Below are positions 19,839-29,670 of a stretch of DNA of 64,000 nt, piece by piece. Location: contig CAVTQK010000009.1 in the NCBI GenBank assembly GCA_963736855.1, positions 96,001 through 160,000 on the forward strand. Reading direction: 5' to 3'. The notes beneath the pieces are model-generated. The model was given only the letters and a program-made list of their open reading frames with translations. It ran no database searches and had not been told where the DNA came from. The position numbers and the translations under genes were made by a program. Positions within the stretch are counted from its first letter, which is position 1. Every line of letters starts with the position of its first letter. The DNA comes from an uncultured delta proteobacterium. GTDB lineage: Bacteria; Desulfobacterota; Desulfobacteria; Desulfobacterales; UBA2156.

Positions 19839-22442
19839 TAGATCGAGTCTATTCCTGGGGGGCATTCGGATTTATCTTGGCGATTCTCCTCTCCGTTTCA
19901 GGGTTCTATTTTTATAATATGGTGCGATGGGGTGATTTCTCGGAGCATGGGTTTTTATATCGATCAGGAAGCGGTTTAAATATCGTTGGCAACTTGAATG
20001 AAAATGGGCGATTTGCAGGTCTTTTTGCCGGGGATCAAGTTTTAAAAATCAACGGAAAGCCGTTTTCAACATTAGAAGAAAGGCGGAGTGCAACAAATTA
20101 CCTTGCTGGTGAAAAAAACGTCTTTTTGGTTGAAAGGGACGGAAAACAATTTGAAGTCATCATCACCAACAACCGATTGGGCTTCAAGAAGGTCTTTGTT
20201 CAAAGCGGACTTCCGTTTTTAGCGGGTTTAAGCTATATTCTCATCGGAGTCCTGGTCTTTTTAATGAAGCCTCATCGGCAAATCGGGTGGGTATTCTATT
20301 TATTTGGGGCATGCGTTGGATCACTAATTATTTTTTTATTAAAATCCGGTTTGTTATGGCCTTCCTGGCTGGGAGCTGTAAACCTTTTTGCGTTTTGCTT
20401 TGCCCCGGCCACGGTGGTGCATCTCATGCTTTCCTTTCCGGCAAGAAGCAAAGTCATCGATCGACATTCCTGGAATCCAGTTTATTCCCTATGTCGGCTC
20501 CCTCGTTCTTTTCATCAGCATCCGTATATCGACCCCTGAGATGCTGGCGATCCCTCGCACTGGGTATAAAGTTGTACTGGTTTATCTAGTCTTTTTCCCT
20601 GATCGGATTTTTTGTATCCTGCATCCATGGATGGCTTAAATCTTCGTCAGAGATCGTCAGGGTGCGCGCCAAATCTGTTTTGCTGGGAGCTTTCATCGCC
20701 GCTTCTGTTCCGGTTCTGGACCTGATCGGCAACGCCTTTTTCCATGTATTTATTAGTTCCCGGGATTCAATTATTATCTCCCCTTTTTGGTCCTTTTCCC
20801 CTTGTGCGTTGCCTATTCCATTGTCAAGCACAACCTTTTCGATATTCAGACGGCTGTTCGGCGGACGTTCGGGTATGTTCTGATGACCGCCAGCATCGCC
20901 TCTCTTTATGTGATCCTTGTGTTCATACCCGCGATGGCGTTTGGAAAAAAGGGTCTTGCAGATTATCCGGGAATGGCCGTTGCCTCCATCCTGGTGATCT
21001 TTTTTATCTTCAACTTTTTCCGGCAGCGGGTGCAGCGGGTAGTCGATCGGGTTTTCTACCGCATGCAATACGACTACAAAGAGATCATGGAAAAGATCGG
21101 GCAGACGATGCGCACTTCCCTGATGCTGGATCAGATCGTCACCCGCATGATGGACATCGTCTTTAATTCCCTTTTCATCGAAAAGGGATACGTCATGTTG
21201 AAAACCAAAGACGGAGCATCTTATGTGAGCGTGCTCCACAAGGAGCCTTCAATTTTACTTCCCGTTTCAGATCCTTTTGTTCAACTTGTCGCTGAAAGAA
21301 AGAAGGGGATCACCCGGTATGATATCGAGGAGGATCCGGCATTTCAAGAGAACAAAGCAACTTTTAGCCGCACCTTTGATCAGTTGGAAGCCACGCTGGT
21401 CCTTCCGACCCTGTTCGAGGATCGGCTTTTCGGTCTGCTGGTTCTAGGCGAAAAAAAATCCGGCAGGTTCTATCAAAGGGAAGATTTCCTTCTCCTGAAT
21501 TTTCTGGTGGATCAGGCTGCGATGGCTATGGAGAACGCCAGGCTGCAGCAAGCCCGGATGGAAGCCCTGGAGCAGTCCAAAAAGGAATTGGAGCAGCTCA
21601 ACAAGGCCAAGAGCAAGGCTCTGAATCTGCTTTCCCATGAACTCAAGACGCCCCTGTCGGTAATTTCCGGAAGCTTGCAGGTCCTAAAACGTGCGGGTGA
21701 AAAAGACTCGGACACCGATCAGAAACAAAAGATTTTTCAACGGCTGGAAACCCATCTGGGCCGCCTTTATGATATCCAGGATGCAACCGATAAAATCATC
21801 CGTTCTCACCGGGAGAACGAAAGCCGGATCGTAGGTGGGGCATCTAACGGAGTTGCTCAAGACGCCTTAGAGCGGATCGACCTGTATCCCTTTGCGCAAA
21901 AGGTTCTGTCCGATGTCAAGTCCAAGGCGAATCATCGGGAGGTTGTTTTTGAATTGAAGGCTCCTGAGAATTTATCGGTGAGAACAAGCCCCGTTGTCCT
22001 CGAGGATGCAGCGGAGTCTTTGATGAGAAATGCCGTTGAAAACACCCCGGATGAGGGATTGATCCGGATGCTTCTTGAGGCCAAAGATGGGAAGATCGTC
22101 TTGAAAGTGAAAGACTTCGGCGTTGGAATAACTGAAGAAAATCGTAAGAACCTTTTTGACGCCTTTTTCCAGACCCAGGAAACGGATCGATACGCCACCC
22201 GGAAACCCTATGATTTTAATGCGGGGGGCAGGGGTTTGGCCTTGTTCAGGGTCCGGTCTTACGCCGAGCAGTTCGGATTCGGCTTTTTCATGAACAGCAA
22301 GAGATGCACCTTTCTTCCCACCGACCGCGATACTTGCCCGGGAAGGATCTCTGCTTGCCCGCATTGCAAGCGCCGCCAAGACTGCCTGACTTCCGGTGGA
22401 AGCACCTTCTGGCTTGCCTTCCCGCCTGCTGAGCCAGGCTGA
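19825..22442 (+). CDS. Membrane sensor histidine kinase (TM-PDZ-multi-TM-GAF-HisKA-HATPase), about 870 aa; 5' half split by about 5 frameshifts
   Basis: PDZ-like GLFAGDQVLKINGKP..VERDGKQFEV; GAF with LGEKKSGRFY..LVDQAAMAMENARL; H-box SHELKTPL; N-box NAVENT; G1 DFGVGI; G2 GRGLAL. Confidence 0.8.
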
Positions 22443-22914
22443 AAGAATTGACACCAACTTGTGAATTTGCTTTTGTCCTGGGCGGGTATCAGGGACGCTG
22501 AGATTACAAGGCAGTCAATGCCATCGTTAGTCAATCTGCTATAGCGATCAAAACCTCAAGCCCAGTTTTTTAGTCGATACGCAGGGAGTTGACTCTCAAC
22601 TGAGCCGGATTTTATTAAACCACCATTATTGGGTCTCTATGGAGTTACCGCCAAAGCAATGGCATCTTCGGAAAGGGCGGAAGGTCACCGGGATACCTCG
22701 TGGATGAAAATGCCAATCGAAATCGTTTTTTATTGAAATTGATCCTGTTTCTTTTTACTTTTATGATTGTGGGGGGATCTATGCTTTCCTAGTGATGGAT
22801 CTATGCTTTATAACGAAAAGGGGTTTTCCAAAAACTTAAAGAATTTCATCGTCTTTATCGATTCTTCAAACTGTTGGCCAGAACAGGTGGAGCTCGACAC
22901 GTGAGGGAGGATGC

Positions 22915-23856
22915 ATGCAACCGGATATCATCGCCATCGGAGAACCCATGCTGGAGTTCAACGCCGAGGAGGAGGGCACCCTCTCGGAAGCGGGCCGCTT
23001 CATCGTCGGCTGGGGCGGGGACACGTCCAATTTCTGCGTTACCGCCAGCCGAGCCGGTGGCCAAGTGGGATACCTGACGCGTCTGGGGGATGACGAGTTC
23101 GGCGAGAGCTTCCTCAAACTCTGGCAGCGAGAGGGGATAGACACCAGCCGTATCGTGAAAGACCCCGACGCCTTTACCGCCGCTTACTTCATCTCTCGCA
23201 AGGGCAAGCAACATTATTTCACTTACTTCCGGCGAGGTTCGGCCGCCAGCCGCATGACGCCAGGCTTTCTGCCCAAAGACTACCTCGCGCGTGCCAAGCT
23301 GCTGCACGTCTCGGGTATCAGCCAGGCCATCAGCCAAAGTGCCTGCGATACGATCTTTGCCGCCATCGGCATTGCCAGGGCGGCAGGGAAGCTGGTTTCC
23401 TATGACCCCAACTTCAGACCCAAGCTCTGGCCGCTGGACCGCGCGCGGGCGGTAATCCACGAAACCTGCCGACAGGCGGACTTGATTTTCCCCAGCTTGG
23501 ACGATGCTCGCCAGCTGACGGGACTTTCGGACGTGGAGGAGATCGCGAAGTTATACCTGGCGCTGGGGCCAAAGGTGGTGGTCATCAAACTGGGACCCGA
23601 AGGCGCCCTACTCGCGACAGCAGACGGCTTGCGCACGTTTCCCCCTTACAGGGTCGAGTCCATCGACATGTCCGGGGCGGGAGACACCTTCGACGGGGCG
23701 TTTGTGTCAGGCTATCTCGCGGGGCGGCCGGTGAATGAGTGTATGCGCTTTGCAAACGCCGCGGCGGCCATCACCACCACCGGCCTGGGCTGCGTCACCC
23801 CCGTACCGCGGCGCGAGGCAATCGAGGACCTCATGGCCCGGCAGCCGAAAGTATAA
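22915..23856 (+). CDS. kdgK: PfkB-family sugar kinase, probable 2-keto-3-deoxygluconate kinase
   Basis: IGEPMLE, GGDTSN, SYDPNFRPKLW and DMSGAGDTFDGAF motifs; next to kduI and kduD. Confidence 0.85.
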   Translation: MQPDIIAIGEPMLEFNAEEEGTLSEAGRFIVGWGGDTSNFCVTASRAGGQVGYLTRLGDDEFGESFLKLWQREGIDTSRIVKDPDAFTAAYFISRKGKQHYFTYFRRGSAASRMTPGFLPKDYLARAKLLHVSGISQAISQSACDTIFAAIGIARAAGKLVSYDPNFRPKLWPLDRARAVIHETCRQADLIFPSLDDARQLTGLSDVEEIAKLYLALGPKVVVIKLGPEGALLATADGLRTFPPYRVESIDMSGAGDTFDGAFVSGYLAGRPVNECMRFANAAAAITTTGLGCVTPVPRREAIEDLMARQPKV

Positions 23857-24147
23857 TTAAGGGATAGGCTCAAAAAACCCTGGCTCAGGACGCCCCAAAA
23901 TCGTCCAGAGTATTTCCCGCATCTTACGGCTGTGCCTGATGAACCAATAGTGATCCTGCCGCCATGATCTGGGCTTCAAACATCTTTCTTGTCTGCATTG
24001 GATTATGGACATGTAGACCCTCTTGGATCGGTTACCGGATGCGGGCGTGATTTTAAAGGTCCGGACACACAGATGAAAAGACTGACCTCATAACGGCAGG
24101 AAGTGTCATTTTTTCGCTTGACTTTTAATCCCACACAAGGCAAAAGA

Positions 24148-24184
24148 GTTCAATATATAAAACTAAGTTCTATATATGGAACTT
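24148..24184. promoter_or_regulatory. Tandem palindromic operators, probably bound by the IclR regulator
   Basis: GTTCAATATATAAAAC (24148-24163) and AAGTTCTATATATGGAACTT (24165-24184), about 30 bp upstream of the IclR ATG. Confidence 0.65.
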
Positions 24185-24211
24185 TTGACATCTTCATCCG
24201 AGGCACTCCTG

Positions 24212-24979
24212 ATGAATTCATCCGAGCGAATCATCCGGGTGATCGAAACCGTGGTCTCCCGTCAGCATACCGGCATCCGGTTCACTGAGGTTGTGGAGGA
24301 GACGGGAATCGCGAAAGCCACTGTTCATCGGCTTCTCGGCGAGTTGATCGATCTAGGGATCCTCACTTTCAGCACCGAAAGCAAGCGTTACCGGGCCAGC
24401 CTCAAACTCGCTTCTTTAGGGGCGGGGGTCATCGCCAACTTTAACCTCCGCAACCACGTGCACCCTCAACTGATCAAGTTGCACCAGGAAACAAAGCACA
24501 CCTGCAACATGGGAATCAAACAGGGAGACGTGGGCATTTACACCGACAAGATCGAATCGCACGATTACGGCATCAAGCTCTTTTCGGAAGTCGGTAAGAC
24601 ATTCCCTCTTTACTGTACCGCGCTGGGCAAAGTGCTGCTCGCCTATGGACCAGCGGCGGAACGAAAGAGGGTCCTCTCACGGCCCATGAAGCCTTTTACA
24701 CCCAAGACCGTGACGGATGCGCGTCAGCTGGTGCAGCAGCTGACGACGGTCCGCGAACAAGGCTTTGCGTTGGATTGCGAAGAGATTACCCGAGGCATTA
24801 TCTGTATCGCCGCACCCGTGTTCGGCCCACACGAAGACATCCTCTGTGCCATCAGCGTCACGTTTCCAGCCTATCTTGCCGAGGAACGCGGCATCGCATC
24901 GGACATCGAAGCCGTCAAACGACATGCATCCGCGATTTCGGGCATCACGACCGATGCCCTGCATGTCACCACGCATTGA
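24212..24979 (+). CDS. IclR-family transcriptional regulator (KdgR-like)
   Basis: HTH GIAKATVHRLL, PLYCTALGKVLLA and CIAAPVF motifs. Confidence 0.93.
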   Translation: MNSSERIIRVIETVVSRQHTGIRFTEVVEETGIAKATVHRLLGELIDLGILTFSTESKRYRASLKLASLGAGVIANFNLRNHVHPQLIKLHQETKHTCNMGIKQGDVGIYTDKIESHDYGIKLFSEVGKTFPLYCTALGKVLLAYGPAAERKRVLSRPMKPFTPKTVTDARQLVQQLTTVREQGFALDCEEITRGIICIAAPVFGPHEDILCAISVTFPAYLAEERGIASDIEAVKRHASAISGITTDALHVTTH

Positions 24980-24993
24980 GAAAGGACAGCCAA

Positions 24994-25824
24994 ATGGAAA
25001 TACGGCATGCCATCCATCCGGATCAGGCCGTGTATCTCGACACGGGGGAACTGCGCGGGCATTTCCTGATTCAAGACCTATTCATCCCGGGCGAGATCAA
25101 GATGGTTTATACCTACTACGATCGGCTCATCGTCGGCGGGTTGTGCCCGATTCGGGAATCGACGCTCGAGGTGGACAAGGCCATCATCGGCGGCGCCAGC
25201 CTGCTCGAGCGGAGGGAGATGGGCATCATCAACATCGGCGGAACCGGGACCGTGGCTGTCGACGGAAAACGGTTTGAGCTGGCGACTAAAGACGGGCTTT
25301 TCATCGGCATGGGCGCTCGGGACGTGGCCTTCACCAGCGCGGACCCCAACACTCCTGCCAAGTTCTACTTCAACTGCGCACCCGCACACACCGAATACCC
25401 GACTGTAAAAATAACACCGGTCGAGGCCACCCCGGTCCAGCTGGGGTCCCAGGAGAAGAGCAACCGCCGCGCCATTCGTAAATACTTCCACCCGGACGGA
25501 ATCAAGAGCTGCCAGTTGGTCATGGGCATGACGACGCTTGAATCCGGGTCTGTATGGAACACGATGCCGGTGCACACGCATCAGCGTCGAATGGAGGCTT
25601 ACCTCTACTTTAACATCCCTGCAGAGGATGTGGTGATGCACATGATGGGGGAGCCGTCAGAGACGCGGCACATCATCGTGCGCAACGAGGAAGCGGTGCT
25701 CTCGCCGAGTTGGTCCATCCACTCGGGAGCCGGCACCTGCAGCTATTCATTCATCTGGGGGATGGTCGGTGAAAACCAGACATTCACGGACATGGATTCC
25801 GTGCCAATGACGATCCTGAAATAG
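24994..25824 (+). CDS. kduI: 5-keto-4-deoxyuronate isomerase
   Basis: MEIRHAIHP, RREMGIINIGG, SCQLVMGMT, WNTMPVHTH.RRMEAYLYF and SPSWSIHSG motifs. Confidence 0.96.
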   Translation: MEIRHAIHPDQAVYLDTGELRGHFLIQDLFIPGEIKMVYTYYDRLIVGGLCPIRESTLEVDKAIIGGASLLERREMGIINIGGTGTVAVDGKRFELATKDGLFIGMGARDVAFTSADPNTPAKFYFNCAPAHTEYPTVKITPVEATPVQLGSQEKSNRRAIRKYFHPDGIKSCQLVMGMTTLESGSVWNTMPVHTHQRRMEAYLYFNIPAEDVVMHMMGEPSETRHIIVRNEEAVLSPSWSIHSGAGTCSYSFIWGMVGENQTFTDMDSVPMTILK

Positions 25825-25863
25825 GCGCCATTGGCCGCTCACACAGAACAAAGGAGGAAAAAG

Positions 25864-26841
25864 ATGAAAAAAGCGCTGGTGGTTCTAATCTTGTCGGTCG
25901 TCGTTGTTTCGTTTGCCCACGCCCAAACCATTCAAATGAAACTCGGCCACTTTGCGGCCGAATCCCATCCGGGTAACCTTGCGAGCAAGATGTTTGCAGA
26001 CGCCGTCGAGAAACGGACGGAGGGAAAAATCAAGATCACCATTTACCCCAACAATGCATTGGGATCGCCGCCCGAGGTCCTTGAGCAGAACATTCTGGGC
26101 GCGGTGGACATGAGCCTGCCGACCCAGGGCCAGCTCGGCAAGTATTCCAAGAAGTTCAACTGCGTGATGCTGCCGTTCATGTACTCGAGCTATGCTCACG
26201 CGGACAAGGTGCTGGACGGCCCGTTCATCACTTGGGCCGTACCGGACCTCGACCAGGCCGGCCTGGTGTTCCTCTCCAACTGGGAGTGGGGTTTCCGCAA
26301 CCTCACCAACAGCAAACGGCCGGTGAACACCCCCGACGACGTGAAGGGACTCAAAGTGAGAACCCCACCGGAGCTGCCGACCCAGGCGGCCATGGAGGCA
26401 CTGGGCGCCGTTGTTGCGACCATCAACTTCAACGAGCTGCAGATGGCATTGAAGCAGGGCGTGGTCGACGGCCAGGAGAACCCCGTCGCGGTGATTTATG
26501 CGAATCAGCTCTATGAGTCCCAGAAACACCTGGCCATGACCGGGCATAACTACAACACGATGGTGCACGTGATCAGCAAGAAGGTCTGGGACAAGCTCAC
26601 CCCGGAGCAGCAGAAGATCGTCAAGGAAGAGAGCGCCAAAGCCGGCAACTGGATGCGCAAGGCCGTGCGGGACGCCGAGGCTGATCAAATCGAGAAGCTG
26701 AAACAGGCCGGGGTGCAGGTGACTTACCCGGACAAGGCCAAGTTCAAGGCCCTGATGAAACCAGCCTATGATCGGATGAACGCCATCGCCGGCGAGGAGA
26801 ACATCACGGCCTTCGTGAAGATGGTGGAAGCGGCCAAATAA
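25864..26841 (+). CDS. dctP: TRAP transporter solute-binding protein
   Basis: Signal peptide; WGFRNLTNSKRPV, KGLKVRT and GVVDGQENP motifs. Confidence 0.95.
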   Translation: MKKALVVLILSVVVVSFAHAQTIQMKLGHFAAESHPGNLASKMFADAVEKRTEGKIKITIYPNNALGSPPEVLEQNILGAVDMSLPTQGQLGKYSKKFNCVMLPFMYSSYAHADKVLDGPFITWAVPDLDQAGLVFLSNWEWGFRNLTNSKRPVNTPDDVKGLKVRTPPELPTQAAMEALGAVVATINFNELQMALKQGVVDGQENPVAVIYANQLYESQKHLAMTGHNYNTMVHVISKKVWDKLTPEQQKIVKEESAKAGNWMRKAVRDAEADQIEKLKQAGVQVTYPDKAKFKALMKPAYDRMNAIAGEENITAFVKMVEAAK

Positions 26842-26859
26842 AATGCATTGGAAGCAGAT

Positions 26860-26899
26860 GGAGGGGCGAAGCGATGAACCATCGCGAGAACGCCCCTCC
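26860..26899 (+). other. Intercistronic stem-loop after dctP
   Basis: GGAGGGGCG/CGCCCCTCC outer stem and GCGATG/CATCGC inner stem; no U-tract. Confidence 0.55.
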
Positions 26900-26961
26900 C
26901 GGCCGTCGCCAAGGCCTATCGGGGATCGCTGCGCTGAACCGACGCAGACAGGGAAGGCCAC

Positions 26962-28239
26962 ATGCTGACATTGTTTATCTTCGGGATCTTGCTGGTTCTG
27001 ATCATGATCGACCTGCCGATCGCTGTGGCGATCGGCCTCACGGCCATCGCGTTTTTCGTGGGGCTCGGCAACGAATCCCTTCTGACCATGCTGCCCCAGA
27101 GGATGTATGCCTCCACCACCGGTTTCACTCTGCTAGCCGTCCCCTTCTTCATCCTGGCCGGAAACCTCATGAACACGGGCGGAATCACCAATCGCATCTT
27201 CCGTTTCGCCAAGGCCATCATTGGACATTTACCCGGAGGGCTGGGACAGGTCAGTGTCATCGCCAACGTCATCTTTTCCGGGATGTCCGGCTCCGCCATA
27301 GCCGATGCGGCCGGCCTGGGGCAGGTCCTGCACAAAGCCATGGTGGACAACGGTTTCAAGCCCAAATTCTCGGCTTCCATCGTCGCGGCCGCCGCCACCA
27401 TCGGGCCGGTGATCCCCCCCAGCATCCCCTTCGTCGTCTATGGAGCCCTGACGGGGGTTTCGGTCAGCAAGCTTTTTCTAGCGGGTTTCATCCCGGGCGG
27501 CATGATGGCGATAGCCATGATGGCCGCCATCGCCTTCAAGGCCAGGCGCTACAACCTGCCGAGGGAACAGAAAGCAGGTTCAAAGGAAGTGGCCGCGAGC
27601 ATTCGAGAGGCGTTCCTGCCGTTGCTGACGCCGATCATCGTCATCGGCGGCATCCTGATCGGTATTTTCACGCCGACGGAAGCAGCGGTGGTAGCCACTC
27701 TTTACGCCTTGTTCCTGGGGTTCCTGTACCGGGATATCACGTTCAGTGATTTGCCCCGGATCTTCTGGACTTCCATCCGGCAGACCGTCAGCCTCTTATT
27801 CATCATTGCCGTTGCAGGATTCTTCGGCTGGTTCACCATCCATCAGCGCATCCCCGATGAGATAATTCAGAACTTCACCACCATGAGTGCCACGCCATCA
27901 GGTATCGTCACCATGGTCATTGTCGTGGTGCTGGTTCTCGGACTTTTTCTGGAAGGCAATGCTATCTTCATCATCACCATCCCCATTTTTGCGCCGGTGG
28001 CGCAAAAATTCGGGATCGACCTGATCAACTTCGGAGTGGTGATGACGCTTTTAATCATGGTCGGTAACCTGACGCCGCCCGTGGGGATGTGCCTGTTCGC
28101 GGTTTCCAACTTCAGCAAGGTCAGCCTGGGGGAGCTTTCGAAGGAAGTGTGGCCGTATCTGGTCGGGATATTTATCGTGACCGTCATCATCGCTTACGTC
28201 CCGGCCATCGGGTTGTTTCTCCCGAACCTGTTCGAATAA
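26962..28239 (+). CDS. dctM: TRAP transporter large permease
   Basis: LLAVPFFILAGNLM, GMSGSAIADA, IPPSIP, FTPTEA and LTPPVG motifs. Confidence 0.96.
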   Translation: MLTLFIFGILLVLIMIDLPIAVAIGLTAIAFFVGLGNESLLTMLPQRMYASTTGFTLLAVPFFILAGNLMNTGGITNRIFRFAKAIIGHLPGGLGQVSVIANVIFSGMSGSAIADAAGLGQVLHKAMVDNGFKPKFSASIVAAAATIGPVIPPSIPFVVYGALTGVSVSKLFLAGFIPGGMMAIAMMAAIAFKARRYNLPREQKAGSKEVAASIREAFLPLLTPIIVIGGILIGIFTPTEAAVVATLYALFLGFLYRDITFSDLPRIFWTSIRQTVSLLFIIAVAGFFGWFTIHQRIPDEIIQNFTTMSATPSGIVTMVIVVVLVLGLFLEGNAIFIITIPIFAPVAQKFGIDLINFGVVMTLLIMVGNLTPPVGMCLFAVSNFSKVSLGELSKEVWPYLVGIFIVTVIIAYVPAIGLFLPNLFE

Positions 28240-28260
28240 GACACCGATGAGGAGCGCGGA

Positions 28261-28779
28261 ATGGTTTTCTTGAAGTGGATGGACAAGGTCGTTCTGCAGG
28301 CGCTTAAGACGTTGACCATGGTGTGTTTCATCGCTCTCACGGTCCTGGTTTCCGCCAATGTCTTTGTGCGCTTTTTTCCGGTGGCCTCGCTGCACTGGTT
28401 CGATGAGATCATCGAGCTCCTATACGCCTATCTGGTTTTTTACGGAGCGGCGGCGTTGTGGATCACGCGCGAGCACTTCAGCGTCGGTGACTGGATTGGT
28501 AAAAAAGTTATTAAGGATGCATCCGCCCGGCATGCCTATAGGCTGGTTGTTGAGGTACTGACGCTGGTGTTTGTTCTGGTTTTCTTTTACTATTCCTTTC
28601 GGCTCACCGTCATGGCCCGAGACGTGACCAATGTCTTTGCCATGCCCAAGAGAATCCTCTACTCCTGCATGCCGATCGCTGCCGCGGTAATGGTCGTTTA
28701 TTCCATTCGCAACATCATCCATGAGATTATCCCTTTGGTCCGCTGGACGACGGACGAAACAGAAGTTCGGAAAACCTAA
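28261..28779 (+). CDS. dctQ: TRAP transporter small permease
   Basis: Four TM segments; NVFVRF..W.DE...YGAA...EH pattern. Confidence 0.9.
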   Translation: MVFLKWMDKVVLQALKTLTMVCFIALTVLVSANVFVRFFPVASLHWFDEIIELLYAYLVFYGAAALWITREHFSVGDWIGKKVIKDASARHAYRLVVEVLTLVFVLVFFYYSFRLTVMARDVTNVFAMPKRILYSCMPIAAAVMVVYSIRNIIHEIIPLVRWTTDETEVRKT

Positions 28780-28799
28780 ATTTCGATGCATAAGGGGTC

Positions 28800-29567
28800 A
28801 TGCACATGACACTTGAACATTTCAGCTTGGCGGGGAAAGTCGCTGTCGTCACCGGCGGCACGATCGGGCTGGGCGAGGCCATGGCCTTCGGTTTGGCGGA
28901 GGCCGGCGCGGATATAGCCGCCGTTTACTACCTGGATTTGCCTCGGGATGTGGAAAAATTCAATCGCCTGGGGAGAAGGTGGCTTGGGGTCGAAGCCGAC
29001 CTTTCCAGCATTAAACCGGTCAACGACATCGTCAATAAGGTGGTGGACGCGTACGGCCGCATCGACATCCTGGTCAACAACGCCGGCATCATTCGGCGCA
29101 ACCGGTCCATCGACTTCACGGAGAAAGACTGGGACGAGGTCATGGACATCAACCTGAAAACCCTGTTCTTCCTGTCCCAGGCCGTTGCCAGGCAGTTTCT
29201 CAAGCAGGGTAACGGCGGCAAGATCATCAACATCGCCTCGATGCTGTCCTTTCAGGGCGGCATCCTCGTGCCTTCCTACACCGCCAGCAAAAGCGGAGTC
29301 ATGGGGTTGACGCGGCTGCTTGCTTGCGAGTGGGCGCCGCACAGGATCAACGTCAACGCGATCGCCCCGGGGTACATGGCCACTCGGAATACGCAGGCCA
29401 TTCAGGACGATCCCGTCCGCAGCAAGCAGATCCTGGAGCGCATCCCCGTCGGTCGGTGGGGCAAGCCGGACGACCTGAAGGGAGCCGTCGTTTTCCTGGC
29501 CTCCGAAGCGTCGAATTACGTACAGGGGCACACCCTGGCGGTGGACGGCGGCTGGCTGGCGCGCTGA
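28800..29567 (+). CDS. kduD: 2-dehydro-3-deoxy-D-gluconate 5-dehydrogenase
   Basis: SDR motifs NNAGIIRR, ASMLSFQGG, SYTASKSG, NAIAPGYMAT and VDGGWLAR. Confidence 0.94.
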   Translation: MHMTLEHFSLAGKVAVVTGGTIGLGEAMAFGLAEAGADIAAVYYLDLPRDVEKFNRLGRRWLGVEADLSSIKPVNDIVNKVVDAYGRIDILVNNAGIIRRNRSIDFTEKDWDEVMDINLKTLFFLSQAVARQFLKQGNGGKIINIASMLSFQGGILVPSYTASKSGVMGLTRLLACEWAPHRINVNAIAPGYMATRNTQAIQDDPVRSKQILERIPVGRWGKPDDLKGAVVFLASEASNYVQGHTLAVDGGWLAR

Positions 29568-29670
29568 TGGTCCCGGAGCACGTGCTGAAGACATCTGAGC
29601 AGCTGTTTGATGAAAAGATCAACTATCTTTGCAGAAACCGTTGCCATTAAGAAATAGGATATCCGCAAGA

